Positions 1 to 13,330 of a DNA stretch of 64,000 nucleotides are shown here, piece by piece. The stretch is from Epiperipatus broadwayi. Taxonomy: Eukaryota > Animalia > Onychophora. A program made the translations under genes and the position numbers. The notes beneath the pieces were generated by a model. It ran no database searches, was not told where the DNA came from, and worked only from the letters and a program-made list of their open reading frames with translations. Location: contig JAQFVV010000009.1 in NCBI GenBank assembly GCA_028023455.1, forward strand, positions 1,860,001 through 1,924,000. The letters run 5' to 3'. The stretch's first letter is position 1. Every line of letters starts with the position of its first letter.

Positions 1-1330
1 ATGAAGCTTTAATGGATATTATTAAGAGATTATATGAAAATAATTATTACATGTACCAATTAGGGAATATAGAATCAGTAAAAAGTTAAAAATGGGGTGG
101 GACTAAGGCAAGGATGCTCTGTCACCTATTTTGTTTTTGTGTATTTGAGAGAAATGGAAAGAGAAATAAAAAGACTAAGAAGAGGGGTAGAGATACCATT
201 AATAGGTGACAAGGGAGTATATACTTTATCAGGTCTTTTATTTGCAAATGATGTCTTCTTGTGCACAGAAAGAAGGAAAGATATGGAAATTATGTTGAGG
301 ACATGCACAAGAGTGGGTGAAGAGGTGGGAATTAAATTAGGTGAAGAAAAATCAAAAGTAATGTTGATTAATACTGGGAAAAGAGAAGACAGAATTTTTA
401 CTGGGAGATATAAAGTTAAGTATGGTGAGTAAGTATAACTATTTGGAAATTGTCTTAAGTAATCAGAGAAATTTCTTGGATGAATGGGAAAAGAAATTGA
501 TAAATGAAGAATGAAGCAAAGAAAAGAAAGGGACTGATAAAGGAATTAACAGTGTTTTCATATAATAAATATGATGTAGCCAGAATTGTATGGAAGGGAA
601 TGGTAGTAGCAGGGCTAACATATGGTTATGATGCGTTATGTGTTAGTAAAGGGATATTAGATTATTTAGAAAAAGCACAAAGAGAAGTAGGAAGGCATAC
701 ATTAGATGCAGATATGTGGATGGCAAAAGAGACAATTCAAGGAGAAATGGGATGGTCAAGATTTTATATGAGATATGCAAAAAGCAAAATGAAAATATTC
801 AGTAGATTACAATTTATGGATTATAAGAGAATAGCCAAAAGAGTATTTAATTGGGTTGCGAGTAACGGGTAGATAACAAGATAGGTGAGAAAAGTAGTTC
901 GGTATGTAGAAGATTTGGATAAAGAATTTATGTCAGTATACTTATACAAAAGATGGAATGATTGTGCTAGAAAAATTGTTGAGTGTTATAGTGGCTAGGA
1001 ATGGGATAGAAGAATACATGCATTAATAAAGAATAGGGAGATGGAGAACTAGTATGGAGAGTAAAAAGAGTTTAAATATATATAGAAGTAAACAAAATAT
1101 TGGATGCGAGTTAATTTATGATAATAGCAAGGAAAGTAGTTTACTGTTTAAACACGAACAGGATCTTTAGCAACAAGGAAATATACCTATAAAAGGAGAA
1201 ATTGTAGGTGACTTAGTCTGCAAGTTGTGTAAAGAAGGCATAGAAAATATTAGGCGTCTATTAATTGAAGGTAAATGCCTGAAAGCAAAAAGGGTACAAA
1301 TAATAAAGTTGTGGAAGAATAAATATAAAC
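1..1330 (+). mobile_element. Decayed non-LTR retrotransposon: RT domain to C-terminal zinc knuckle (begins left of window)
   Basis: ORF 97-432 has GLRQGC and LLFAND (RT motifs GxxQG / (Y/F)ADD); ORF 504-872 continues the RT C-terminal region (GLTYGYDALC, IQGEMGWSRF); ~1220-1280 encodes CKLCKEGIENIRRLLIE, a zinc-knuckle-like motif; frameshifts and stops throughout. Clade not determined. Confidence 0.85.
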
Positions 1331-1902
1331 AAAGTGATTAAACAGAAAGTGGGTTCTTGGTTTTTAAGCTGAGTTTGGGAAAAGATAAGGAACATTTAGA
1401 TATAAAGGCCATGGAGTTGACAAAAATTATGTTGTGGAAATGGGATGGAACAGGATAGAGAAGAATATGGGAAAAATTTAGGGTGTGAATGAAAAGGGAA
1501 GGTACAATGGTTAACAAGTTTATCTGGGCGTAGAGATTCCTGACTCTGTATAAGGAGAATTCACAGTGCATCACATCACTTCATCTGTTAATTGAATGTA
1601 AATGCCTGCAAGCAGAAAGAGTACAAATAATGAGGTTGTGGAAATATAAATAAAGTGATTATATAGAAAGTGGTTCTCAGTTTTTACATTAGATTGGGAA
1701 AAAGGGGGATTTAGATACAGAACCCATGGAGATAATAAAGGTTATGATCGAAAATGGGATAGAGCATGATAGAGAAGAATATGGGGAAAATGTAGAATGG
1801 GGAATGGAAAGAGAAGATAAAGTGGCTAACAGGCTTCTCTGGTCATAGTGGCTGAGAGAAATCTGACTACGAAAAAGGAGAAGTCATAGTGCATCGCATC
1901 GC
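1258..1902 (+). repeat. Tandem duplication (~325-bp unit x2) of the LINE 3' end
   Basis: 1258 ctattaattgaaggtaaatgcctgaaagc... matches 1585 ctgttaattgaatgtaaatgcctgcaagc...; the units end with cacagtgcatcacatcac (1579) and catagtgcatcgcatcgc (1902); roughly 75% identical by eye. Confidence 0.8.
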
Positions 1903-4900
1903 AAGATTTAAGATCAATATAGCTGCCCTTGTACAGTTGACAATGGCAGACTAGAGAGGTTAATATTTCTAGGTCACCCAATCTGTCACTTCTAATTTAT
2001 TAAGATCTTCCAAGCAGCTATGTATTTACTTATTATTTAATACAAATGATAGGATGAAAATTAATGTTACCAATTACAATAGGATCTTCTCATAAACAAA
2101 AAGTTATTCAGACATGGCTGATGATTTTGAAGAATTATTCATAAAAGTATTCTCTCCTTAGTAATTGTTCAATATAGACTATTACTTAACTGATTAAAGT
2201 ATTGAATAAGTATAACTTTTCTGCCAATCAATTCTAACTTAAGCCATAAAAGAATATTGAAAACCAGATAGCAAGTATATTTGCCCCAATATGTTACATA
2301 TTTTAAAATTGCAAAAGATTTAAATTACTCTAATGTCAAAATAAAACCTTGTTCATTTATTAAAATAAGGAAAACTATTTCTGTGGCCCAAATTTATCAT
2401 GAGCTTTTAGAACTAATTTTTCCTAATAGATTATGTCCAATAATATAAAAAATGTTGGATTTTAATAAAAATAATGAAAAATATTAAGTTAGAGATCAGT
2501 TGCTGATTTTAATTTAAACGACATAAATAAACTTTTATGATTATTATACTTAGCTAGATAGGCGAGTTAAGAAACATCAGAATGCATAAAAAATTAACAG
2601 ATCTTCAAAATACAATTGATGATTCTAATTGAATTTCTGAGATTGTAAAGTGCTACTTTTTAATTTTTTTTCCACATTTAAACATTATAAATGATTGACT
2701 ACTTAATTCACTTGATGCAGATGATAAGAGCAAAAAAGAAAAATTTAGATGAAGTATATCAAAGAAAATGTGTAGGATTCTACAGTGTTCGGTAGCTACA
2801 TTATTCATTTGCTAAGGGATGATGAGGAATCAGTGAAACTCTTAAAATTCATAGTAGCTTCTTCAATGACATTAAATATTTATGTTATCTCTCTCTGAAT
2901 ATTTAATCTATTTTTGACATACACAATTATTTTCACAAATTTCCTAATAAAAAACAACAACACAAGTTGTAGCTAAAAAAATCATCTTAATAAAATTGTT
3001 GATACATAAAATGAACATAGTTATAGAAACCTGAGCTATACCAAATATGGTGCTAAATAATTAGGAGTCTTTAAAATGTTTTCTATATTACATTTTTCTA
3101 AATTACAATTATCATGCCTAGTGCTAAGTAACAATTCTGATCAAGTTAGAAATAACTGCTGAATCAAATAAAAAGAAATAATGTAATCTAATTTTCTTTT
3201 TTTTTGATTTTTATTATATCCAAAAAGTTTAAGTTCCTTATTTAATCTCTTTAACGTCACAAATTTTAAGAAATAAATTTCTTGCAAAAATCTTTAATTC
3301 AGCATATTTTATTGATATTGGTATAAAGTAATCAAAGTGAGCAGGACATAAAAAATTTTATAATTATAAACATGATTTGATTACTAAAATAGATGAAGTT
3401 TTTTTTCAGCTTGGGAATAGAATATAGGCAATCACACTATGTTCTTTAAGTTTAAGGACAAGTCTCTTAATTTCATATAGCATATTAATATTCCTTATGT
3501 TAGAATCTGAGTTATTAAGATAAAGAATAAGAGATAAAAGCTGTAAATTAATTTTTAATTTGCAATTAAATGAAATGACTTTAACAATACTGAGAGCTGA
3601 AATAATATGATAAAAAGTCCAAATTTTAATACTACTTTCCATAATAAAAGTTGCAGATAATAGACAGTGATTTGCTTTCAGATAAAGGTTTAGCCATGAA
3701 AAAAAAAAAATCCAAATGACTTGTCACAAATCAAGGAATTTCTGCTCTAAGTGTCTAGTGATGTGTATACTCTCAATAAATACCACATAAGCTCATTGGT
3801 GGATGGTAATATAGTTAGCATTCGATCCAGATTAGGCAGGTTGCAACAAGTCTCTTTCCATAAAAGATAACTACTGTAAGAAAATGTCAAAAATATATTA
3901 AACGCATTCCCTAATTTGTTGTAAAAAAAATATATCAGATGAAAAATAACTAGAAGCTATCTCCTATCAAAATGATAGCAGACAAGCAATCTTCTTTAAT
4001 ATAAAAATGCAGGATTAAGAATATGGAAATGATAATATAATCTGAATGATTCCTCAGATTATTAGATTTATAGTAATATAAAAATAATACTTAAGGTGGC
4101 AACTTTACATACAGGGACACATTGGGAATTAAAAAGAGATCTACAAAACTGTAAAATGCATTTAGAGAGATCTTGCAATATTGCTGAAATTACAGGTGTA
4201 AAATAAAGTAATAAATCAACAATAAACGAAGTATAGTGGCAGTATCATATGTTGCAAAAATAATACACTTAGATTAAAAAAAACAACCCTAAATAAATTT
4301 CAGAAAATTCTGTCAGAATAATTTTTGTAAAAGTTGTTTAAACAAAGCACAGATATACATTAACAATCATAGTGATGAACAGTAAATTATAAATTATTTG
4401 GGATTTTTAAAAGGAAGATTTCAATGTAAAATTAGGTTACAGAATCCCCCCCCTCTCAAAAAAAAAAGGACCTATAGAGGTCCACTTGCCTGTGAAAATA
4501 AGATTAAGATTAAAGAGTGGCTGAATTAATATTTGAATGAAATCTTTTGGCAATAAATACTTATTATAAAAAAAGATTAAACAAATAAAATACAGAATGT
4601 CATTAAATAGAAAAAAAAAAAACAAATCAATCTATCATAATTTTGGATAGAAACACATTTAAAAACCAAGAAACACATATTTTTCATCTAATTTCAGCTA
4701 CGATATATTTGAATACAAATTAAAAAAAAAACAAAAACATTTGAGAAAAGAATAATACATAATAGAAATCTTCGGATCATCCAAGAAATTTACTTTCAGA
4801 AAGTGAGAAATACATTTCGTATGTTATTATTATTATTTTCTGATCAAATTAGGATTGCAAGTCTATGTAATAGAATTGATAATTGTTGATATGCTATCAA

Positions 4901-6079
4901 TTTTAATAAAACCACTTAAGTAATATCTGTTTCAATACATAATTAGTAAGATCAGGCAAAAATAAATCTAATAACAAAATATAAAGGCTTAAAACAAATG
5001 TACAAAAAACAAACTGACAAAAAAAGAGTATAATTATATTCATAAAACAAACACAAAAAATTAAAAAGCACTGCCACCAAATTAGATTAAAAAATGACTA
5101 TAACACTTTTGAACAAACAAAAATATATAAGCTTGCCCAACTTTAAACTATACAAATTTGTTTTTTGTATATAAAATAATTTTCGAAATTAATATCAGCT
5201 ATAATTATCAACTCAGCATAACAGCTTTATTAAATAAATTTAATACCAATAAAACATCACACGATCTCTGCCTATACATTACTTTTAAATAGCAAATCTA
5301 TTTCTCATGCTAGACCCAAATCCAAAACTTCTTACTGATGTAAATCATAAGCTAAAAACTAGTTTCTGAATATGAATAGAATAGAACTAAATAATAGATT
5401 TATTAATCACTATCATCTGACATCTAGTGATTATTCAAGTTTACATAAGGTGGTAGAACTGGAGTAAAAAAAAGTATAATTTCAACAAATTTACAAAATC
5501 AGTTCAACCCAAATTTAATTAAAAATACTAACAAATAAATCCAAAATTAGAAAAGAAACCTAATGATCCAATATCATTCAAGTTGTTTTCAGCCAAATCA
5601 TTTTAGAACATAAATTTAGAAAGCTGAATTGGAATAAGAGAAATATTAACATTTCAGGAAAGAAATAAAATCCTTTATGATTTGTTGATGATTTAAATAT
5701 ATTCTCAGAAAGTTGTAGATGGAATAAAAATTGAAAAATGAGATCGATAGTTGGCTTAAAAATAAATGTAAAAAAAAAAAACCAACAAAAATTATAATAA
5801 TCCAAACAAAAAACATAAATAAAATATATCGATTTACATACTAAAACAAATATTGTCATTTAATTATTACCATACACAGGCAATTGAAGTAGTCTAAAAT
5901 GCAAATGGGTACAGTAAAGGCCTTTAAGGAAATTATAATATTAAAAAATATTTAAAAAATTTTTTTTCAAACATACATAAATTTATAGAGTACTGATTTA
6001 TGTGTTTATAAATATCATAAAGAATGTTAATAGAAGGTCAAAAAAATAACATGCTCAGTATAAGTAGAATAGATTCATA

Positions 6080-6375
6080 AATACTAATATAGATGGAAGA
6101 ATGAGAATTAAAAAAAACCCATAAAAGCATAATATCTCAAATTAATGTTGGATGGACCTTATTATGAAAATATTACATGAAGAAAGCCTTAATAAAGGAA
6201 GACTAGCTGGATAGTTAGAAAATAAGTGGATTAAAGAGAAAAAGATGACATGAAAAATTAAAAAACCATGCAAAGCCTTTTTGGTCAACAATAGTACAAA
6301 ATAGTAAAAATAACTGCATTTGGGAAAAGCCTTTGCTCAACAGTGAGAAATTTACAGCTGGCATCAATGATGAAT
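6080..6375 (+). mobile_element. Decayed 3' end of an RTE-type LINE
   Basis: gatggacc (RWT-like), agaaagcc...ggaagac, and gggaaaagcctttgctcaacagtg (GxAFAQQW-like) followed by atgatg, resembling RTE C-termini. Confidence 0.4.
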
Positions 6376-8391
6376 TATAAAACAGTCAATATCTTAGAAT
6401 ATTTCTATTATTATAAAAATTGTTATGCTGTGTATCTTTGAGAAGATAGTAGTTTTAGTTGTGAAAAATGACTGTGTTCAAGTAATCTGCTGAAAATAGC
6501 TGCTTCATCATCAAGGACAGTTTTGCTGATGTTTCATAACTTTTGGATAATGATGTGAAAATTTTATACTAATGTAATTCTTTGAGAGGAATAGTCTATA
6601 GCTGCAGCATAAAATAAGCTATTGATAGTAATTGCACTTATAAATTTAAATAATATTTATGATATATTAAAATTTATTTATTATTTCTATAGTGATTTAT
6701 TTCTTACATATGAATAATTATCAACTATTAACATTTCAGTTAAGAGCTGTCTTTCTTCAGAAACTAGAACAAAATAAATGAAGAAAATCAATTCCCGGTA
6801 TATAAAGTTTTTTTTAATTATTATTAAAATTAATATTTAGATGAATTGAAATTAAAGAAAACTCTGAGGAAAATTAAATTATGTGACAGTTGTTTCATAG
6901 TCAATTAGTTTACCCATATGGTGTTTCTACAGAGAAAAAAAATTGCAAGACAAATAAATCTAGTTTTTGACTTTCTAAAATTGCATTCATATTAAACAAT
7001 GTTTAATTTAACCAATTAGTTCGAAAAGTTAAATTCTTTTGAAAATAGTTAATATAATTTTTTGCTTTATGATTGTTTGAGAGTTTGAGATAATATTTTA
7101 TTTGGAGTTATATATTTAGTCTATTCCCATTATTTAGTTGAAACTGTTAAATGTTTTTAGAAATATTCAAACTTTATTTATATCTTTTATACTTATCTAG
7201 AGTTGATTAAGCTTCTAGATGTGAAATAAATAAATAAATCATTTTTACTTCAGCAAACTATACAAAGAATAGAAAAGCTGATTATTATTTATGTTGAACT
7301 TAGTTTGATAAGAGTCGAAATTTCGAGATGAAATTGATATTGAACTCAGATCTAAATATAGCATTATTAATTAAGAAATAATTATCAATTAGATAAAAGA
7401 TATAAAGACTGTGCCTCATTTTAAATAACCATTACAGTGATAATCAGTTACAAGTCAAATTAATAAATAAATATTCAATTTATACAGTAGTAATGCATAT
7501 AAATTGAACTGGAGTTGATCAAACTCACTCTAATTATAATTGTGAAATAAATAATTATAGCATCTTTTAATTCAGCAAACAATACAAAGAGAACTGCCAT
7601 CTATCCTTTGTGTTTTTGGTAGTTGTTTAAAATGAGAAATAGTCTTTATTTAATTGATTACTATTTTATAATTAATAGTACCATATTTGAATCTGGTTCA
7701 AATATCAGATACACCTCGAAATTAAGTTTAATCAATGAAGACTCAAAGAGCTCTAATATTCTTTATATAGTTTGTTAATATAAAAGTGACTTTGTTTATA
7801 TATTTTACAGCTGAAGGGAGTTTAATTAACCCCAATTTAATTTATATACATTACTGCTGTGCGAATTTAATATTCTGTACTTTACTAAATACTCTCAGCT
7901 TTTAATAATAATATACAGAAATAAGGTTGTGAGTGATACTATTTTCCTCTCATCTTCAGGTGTTGCTGACCTCACCAGTGATAATTAGCACAGGAACTGA
8001 ACCAGTGGTGTTTAAATTTGTGAATACTGAATTTGAGGTTTTAAGGTTCTGATCTAATCAACTTTGACAGAATAGACTAATTGGTTAAAGCATCATCTTA
8101 AATTTAGTATTAACAAATTTAAATTACTGTTTAATTCTTATGCTCACTATCATTGATTATCCAGCAATACTTTAAGAAAAGAAGAAAATATCACTTAAAA
8201 TGCTGTGTTCCATACTAAAGTGAGTGTTATTATTAATAACTGAATGTATTTAGAAAAATATAAATCAAGTATGAATTTTTATTAAAACATCTAACAATTT
8301 CAAATAGACAATGGAAATAATTCACCAAATAACTAAAATTTTATTATTTTGCTTAAAGTTATTATAAATTAAAAAAAAATTTTTTACTTAC

Positions 8392-8488
8392 ACTAATAGC
8401 AAATAACCGTAAATCTAACACAGCAACAAACATAATTGGCAGAGCCCAGTTTTCATCTTTCTGACTCTGAAGAATTTTGGTATATGAC
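8392..8488 (-). CDS. PCID2: PCID2 exon 5
   Basis: Minus strand g-TCA TAT ACC... = SYTKILQSQKDENWALPIMFVAVLDLRLFAIS, matching vertebrate PCID2 [32 protein letters not shown]; donor gtaagt at 8391; the acceptor is non-canonical (ctctg). Confidence 0.93.
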
Positions 8489-10246
8489 CAGAGATGATTT
8501 AAAGAAAATTTAGATTAAATTCATATTAAATAACAATACAATATTACCAAAAAAAAAAAAAAACTTCAATCCTAGTATTACAGTGTTACTAATATGCATC
8601 TATTCATCATTATCACTATTAGTCAAATTCAGCAAACAAAAAATATCATTTTCCATTTACATTCAACTTTTTTTTCTCTCTCTCCAATATGAGCCTCACA
8701 TCTCCATAAATATTTCCATTTAAAATACATATTTAATTTGATCATTTTAGATTTTTGAGTCATCTATCTATGATTTGTTTTTTTTTTCTTTTACCTGCTC
8801 TTAACATCATTTTCTCAATAATTGCAAATTTTTAGCTTTCTTTACTTTTCTTTTGTGACCTTATCAATTTTGATTATCACTCCTCTCAAATTATTCTTTT
8901 CGGTGACTTTACTAATTAAGTAATTGTTAAATGCTTAAATATTCTAATTATGCTGATGAAAGAGATGATGTTTTTAATATTCCATGAGTTATTATGACTT
9001 ATCTTTGCACTTATTTATGTCTTTGATATAGCTTCACGATCTGTTAATATTCTCCATCCTTACCTTAATATCAATCTAGATCATTTTGTTTCTAAGTCTA
9101 TTATTCCATCATCTAAATTCTATAAAAATAAGATTTCTATAAATATTCAGTATTTTAAATCTTCTACTAAAAACAATTTTCATGAATTTTTTTTTTTTTC
9201 ATTTTACATGAAATGATTATAGTTTTAATTTCAAAAATCTTTCTAAATATGATACTGTGATTAAAGCATAATTCATAGTGAGGAATGAAAAAGAAATTAT
9301 AATTCATTATTTTAGTATTAGTACATTACCTTATGTAGCAAATGTTTTCTGTTTGTTACAGGCTTCTTAGGTTTTCCATCTTGTTTTATACCACCAATAA
9401 TTTTTGCTATTTTTTTTTATTAAATGTGCTGATTTAAGTCTTGATATACCAAATCTTCTGATGGAATTTTATTTATTGATTTAATATGTTACTCTAAACT
9501 TATTCTTTGGTTTGAAGGATTTTTAAAGCTTTTTTAAATAAATTAGAATTGTTCGAAATTTGCTTATATATAATGGTATATAATGTTCTTGTAAATATTC
9601 TATCTAAAAGTGAAGAAAAGAATTTCAGTTTCTTTCCTAACTAAATAAATCAGTTTTAAATGATAGTTCAGCTTTTGTAATAATTATTCTAATGGTTGTC
9701 TTTTAAAGAGCTAATCTATTGAAAATTTAGAAAAACATAAATGGTTGCTTTGAATATTTTCAAAAAACATTTCTTAATAAGTTTTATTCATATGGACTTT
9801 TGCCTGAATTCTGAAAATGGCTATCTTTCAAATCATTTCTCTTAAGAAATTTAAACTAGTATTTTTTAGTCAAAGTTTCATCTTTAAATACTAATTTTTA
9901 GTTAATTCCAACTTCCATTTCTGACATGCAAAAATTGAATGTTAATATAATTTGTCTTTTACTATTAATCATTTTTCTACACCCTTCACCCCCCTTCCAA
10001 GCATTTGTTTTTTCTGGTTAGTAAGCAGTTTTAATTATTATTATTATTATTTTATTTTTTAAAATTACAAAAAATTTATTTATGACTCTGAATAATAAAA
10101 TAAATGTCAGCTACAGAATAATAAAAATAGACTGTTATAATAAATAAATATTTGCTTTTATTTTACCTAAAACAATTCGATAATTTGCAAAAATAAAAAT
10201 AAATCAATATCTAAATAATCAATTATTCACGAATATTTAAGGATAC
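8489..10246 (-). other. PCID2: PCID2 intron 4: U12-type (minor spliceosome) intron, apparent GT-TG termini
   Basis: Donor GTATCCTTA (U12 consensus RTATCCTTT); branch-like TTCTTTAAA (plus 8498-8506) ~10 nt from the exon; no AG near the homology-defined 3' splice site. Confidence 0.75.
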
Positions 10247-10312
10247 TGAACAATCAACGACTGATAAGCATAAGCTTCTACAAAATCCTTATTAGCTACT
10301 GTCCAGATACAT
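10247..10312 (-). CDS. PCID2: PCID2 exon 4
   Basis: cttgttgcag acceptor; a-TGT ATC TGG... = CIWTVANKDFVEAYAYQSLIV(Q), matching [22 protein letters not shown]; 66 bp, phase 2-2. Confidence 0.95.
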
Positions 10313-11040
10313 CTGCAACAAGAAAAAAAGTACATTACACACACATATACAGTAGAATCTTGCAATAATGGTAGTTTAAAGACCGAATCACTACTGTTAA
10401 ATGAATTAAGCCTTTTTTAAAACTAAAGAATGCATAAAAGCAGCAAAATAATCTGCAATAGCACTAACAGTGATATGAAGACAAAAGAACTAACAATTAC
10501 AATAATATTTAAAAGAATCTGTTTATTTTTTAGAAATATTAGTTTATTTACTAAATAAAGAAACAAGATATTAATATTTTAAATTATATATTCATGAGTT
10601 TAAAAACTAATTTTGCATAAATATAATTTGATTATATATAAAAACAAATACATTTATTGCAAAGATGATAAAGAATATATCATATTTTCATTAAGTTTAT
10701 GGCTTTTTTTCATTAGAAGCATTAGATATATATGTCATTAATATAAAAATATTATATACACAATAAATAATTACTTCATATTATTTGGAAAATTGTTAGG
10801 AGTACATAAAATGCACCAATACCACAAGCAAATAATTGGAATGATCTTTTAAAAAGAAAATAATGCTCAGCTCACTTTCTGGCATCTTCAAAATAGCAAG
10901 GTTTATAATTTAAAAGTGAGATTGCTATTATACTAAATCATTATTAAGTAAATAGTCATTACTACAAAATACTACTGCACACAAAAAAAATTAATTCCAA
11001 GATTTAAAGAGTTCTTAAAGGTATTATTTAGAATACATAC

Positions 11041-11162
11041 TTCAGATGAGCAGCAACTAATTCATCCCATGGCGAATTTAAAACTTTCTCAACTGCAGAT
11101 TCAGGTTCAGCAATATGTAATCGAGTGTTAGATACATGCATATGTTTGAAAGATAACAGGTC
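11041..11162 (-). CDS. PCID2: PCID2 exon 3
   Basis: poly-T+ag acceptor, gtatgt donor; DLLSFKHMHVSNTRLHIAEPESAVEKVLNSPWDELVAAHL(K), matching [41 protein letters not shown]. Confidence 0.96.
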
Positions 11163-11902
11163 CTAAAAAAAAAAAGTATTTATTTATAAACATATTAACT
11201 ATATTAAAAAATTTGTTTGCAGATTTATTTGCTTTACCTCAGATAACTGGCTATGGAAATACATTATCAAATCTAGTTTAGTTATCTGAAGTAAATTTTA
11301 TTTATCCATAAAATGTTGAATTGAAATATACTGAGAAATTTGACACAAATAATCCAGATAGAAGTCTAACATTAAATCAGAATTTAAATGCTATATAAAA
11401 TCAAATACTGTACTAAAAAAAAAAAAAATGAATGACTGGATTTAAAAATGAAATCCTGTGAACAACCAAAAATTGGACAATAAATTTATTAACATTGTTT
11501 GCAATCTTCATTATGTTAAAAACAATCTGAAGCAGCAATCTAAACATATAACTGTAAGATAGTTATATTGTTATACTATTTTAGCAGCCGCATTTTAATC
11601 TAAAATATTACTTCTCCAATATAATAACAACTAAAATACTATTAATAACACAAATGTTATACTTTTAAAACAAAATTATACAAAAGAGACTAAAAGGTTT
11701 ACACAACACAAGTAACTCATCTTTTATCATAATAAAAACATTCAGTTAAGATAGAATAATTCAAAATAGGTACCATTGGAAAAATTGCAAAAATTCAAAT
11801 TTCTAATGGTACATAATCTCAGGATCATGCAATTAGTTCTAAACATATTGGATCCCTTCACACACTGATGACACATATAAACATAAAATTACTACTACTT
11901 AC

Positions 11903-11944
11903 TGCTGCTCCTAGACCATCTTTTCTCCGGAAGTAATCATTCAA
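11903..11944 (-). CDS. PCID2: PCID2 exon 2
   Basis: ttcattgtag acceptor, gtaagt donor; LNDYFRRKDGLGAA aligns to VYEAIDSRDGASCA; 42 bp, phase 0-0. Confidence 0.9.
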
Positions 11945-12388
11945 CTACAATGAAATCAAATAAATCAAAATTCTCAATTTTTTGGAAAAAAAAAAAAAAG
12001 GTAAAATAAAAATAAGTATATACAGACACACACACATGTTAAAAAATACTGTTTAAATAGCCCTGTGCTCTTTAACAATCCACTGAGCAAGAATAATGGG
12101 AAGGCATTATTCATCACACTTTAGTCATTCGTGATTTTTCTTATTCAATTTAACTTCTAGTTAAAGAATAGTTAAATACTTATCATAGATCACTGGTGAA
12201 ATTTGCACTCTATAAGATAGCTAGTAATAGACTAACTACCGAAACAGACAAAAATCTAAGCCTGTTTGTAATCTGAAAAAACATAAGTTTTACTTGACTT
12301 GAATATGAAACCTAAGAAGAATAGCATGTATGAATATAAAATGTATAGCATTTCAAGTGAATGCTCTATTATACTATAAGATTTATAT

Positions 12389-12686
12389 ATATATGTAAAA
12401 TAAATAAAATGTCCGTTAATTAAAAACAAAATTGTAATTATAAATAAATAACAAATTTAACGGTTTACAAACTATTACAAACAATCCTTAAATCCGCAGA
12501 AGTACTTTCGGTTAATTTCTTAAACCTGCCTCAACTGCCATTGAGGCAGGTTTAAGAAATTAACCGAAAGTACTTCTGCGGATTTAAGGATTGTTTGTAA
12601 TAGTTTGTAAACCGTTAAATTTGTTATTTATTTATAATTACAATTTTGTTTTTAATTAACGGACATTTTATTTATTTTACATATAT
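12389..12686. repeat. Perfect palindrome / foldback element (146-bp arms, 6-nt loop), MITE-like
   Basis: 12389-12534 is the exact reverse complement of 12541-12686, with loop ctgcca; the core 12394-12681 has TG...CA ends flanked by TA. Confidence 0.95.
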
Positions 12687-12879
12687 TAAATACAATGGAT
12701 TTAAGTAATATATATATATCTTGTAATGGTTTACATTATTGAAAAAAAAAGGAGAGCTCATGCCCATTTGAGTAAAAGTATGTGGGTTTTATTTATTATT
12801 TGTCCTTTTTTTTTACTAAATATTATGTGGCAACTCAATTCAATCATTATCATATACCAGACATAGAATACATGCCATA

Positions 12880-13330
12880 TTAATCCAGATCAATTGATTC
12901 TTTAACCTAATCTAAGTCGAAGTTATCATGTTTTAATGTAAAAAAACAACTTCTGTTAGATCAATAGTAGTTGTTTTACCGATCATCATAATCAAAGGAT
13001 TTCTATCCTTATAAAATTTTTATATTCTAATTTTTTTATATTACTAACTTTATGTAATATAATTCTTATACATTATTCCATATGTCACTGGCGTTGATTA
13101 TACCTCTCCACTGATCCTAAACTACTATACTTCTATTAAATAGCATCTTTGTAAGCAATGAATTCACTCCTTCATGCCACTTTCCATCAGGAAAGTATGC
13201 CCTCCAACCAAAGAATATTTTCATCTATGCCCCTACCATTTTTGTTGTTCTGTTTATACCTGGAACTTCCTCATCATAAAGCATAATCTTTTATTTTGAA
13301 TGAGATAGAATCAATAACTCACAAGAAACT
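12880..13330 (-). mobile_element. Highly decayed LINE endonuclease relic
   Basis: Minus-strand fragments are weakly reminiscent of APE motifs (GVxxLL, FYKD, LIMxG); many stops. Confidence 0.2.

Noticed and set aside
3747-3873. Acceptor-like ttttcttacag on the minus strand followed by a 41-codon frame (SYLLWKETCCNLPNLDRML...)
   Set aside because: Not homologous to PCID2; in the phase left by exon 5 it starts with TAG; no supporting neighbouring exon.
6914-6926. 13-nt micro-exon-like unit (tctctgtag|AAACACCATATGG|gtaaac) in PCID2 intron 5
   Set aside because: Would shift the frame and does not match the expected ADxQL...EKAAE segment. I found no PCID2 exon 6 in the window, so it is presumed to lie left of position 1.
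11771-11812. 12-bp imperfect inverted repeat
   Set aside because: Short and AT-rich; expected by chance.
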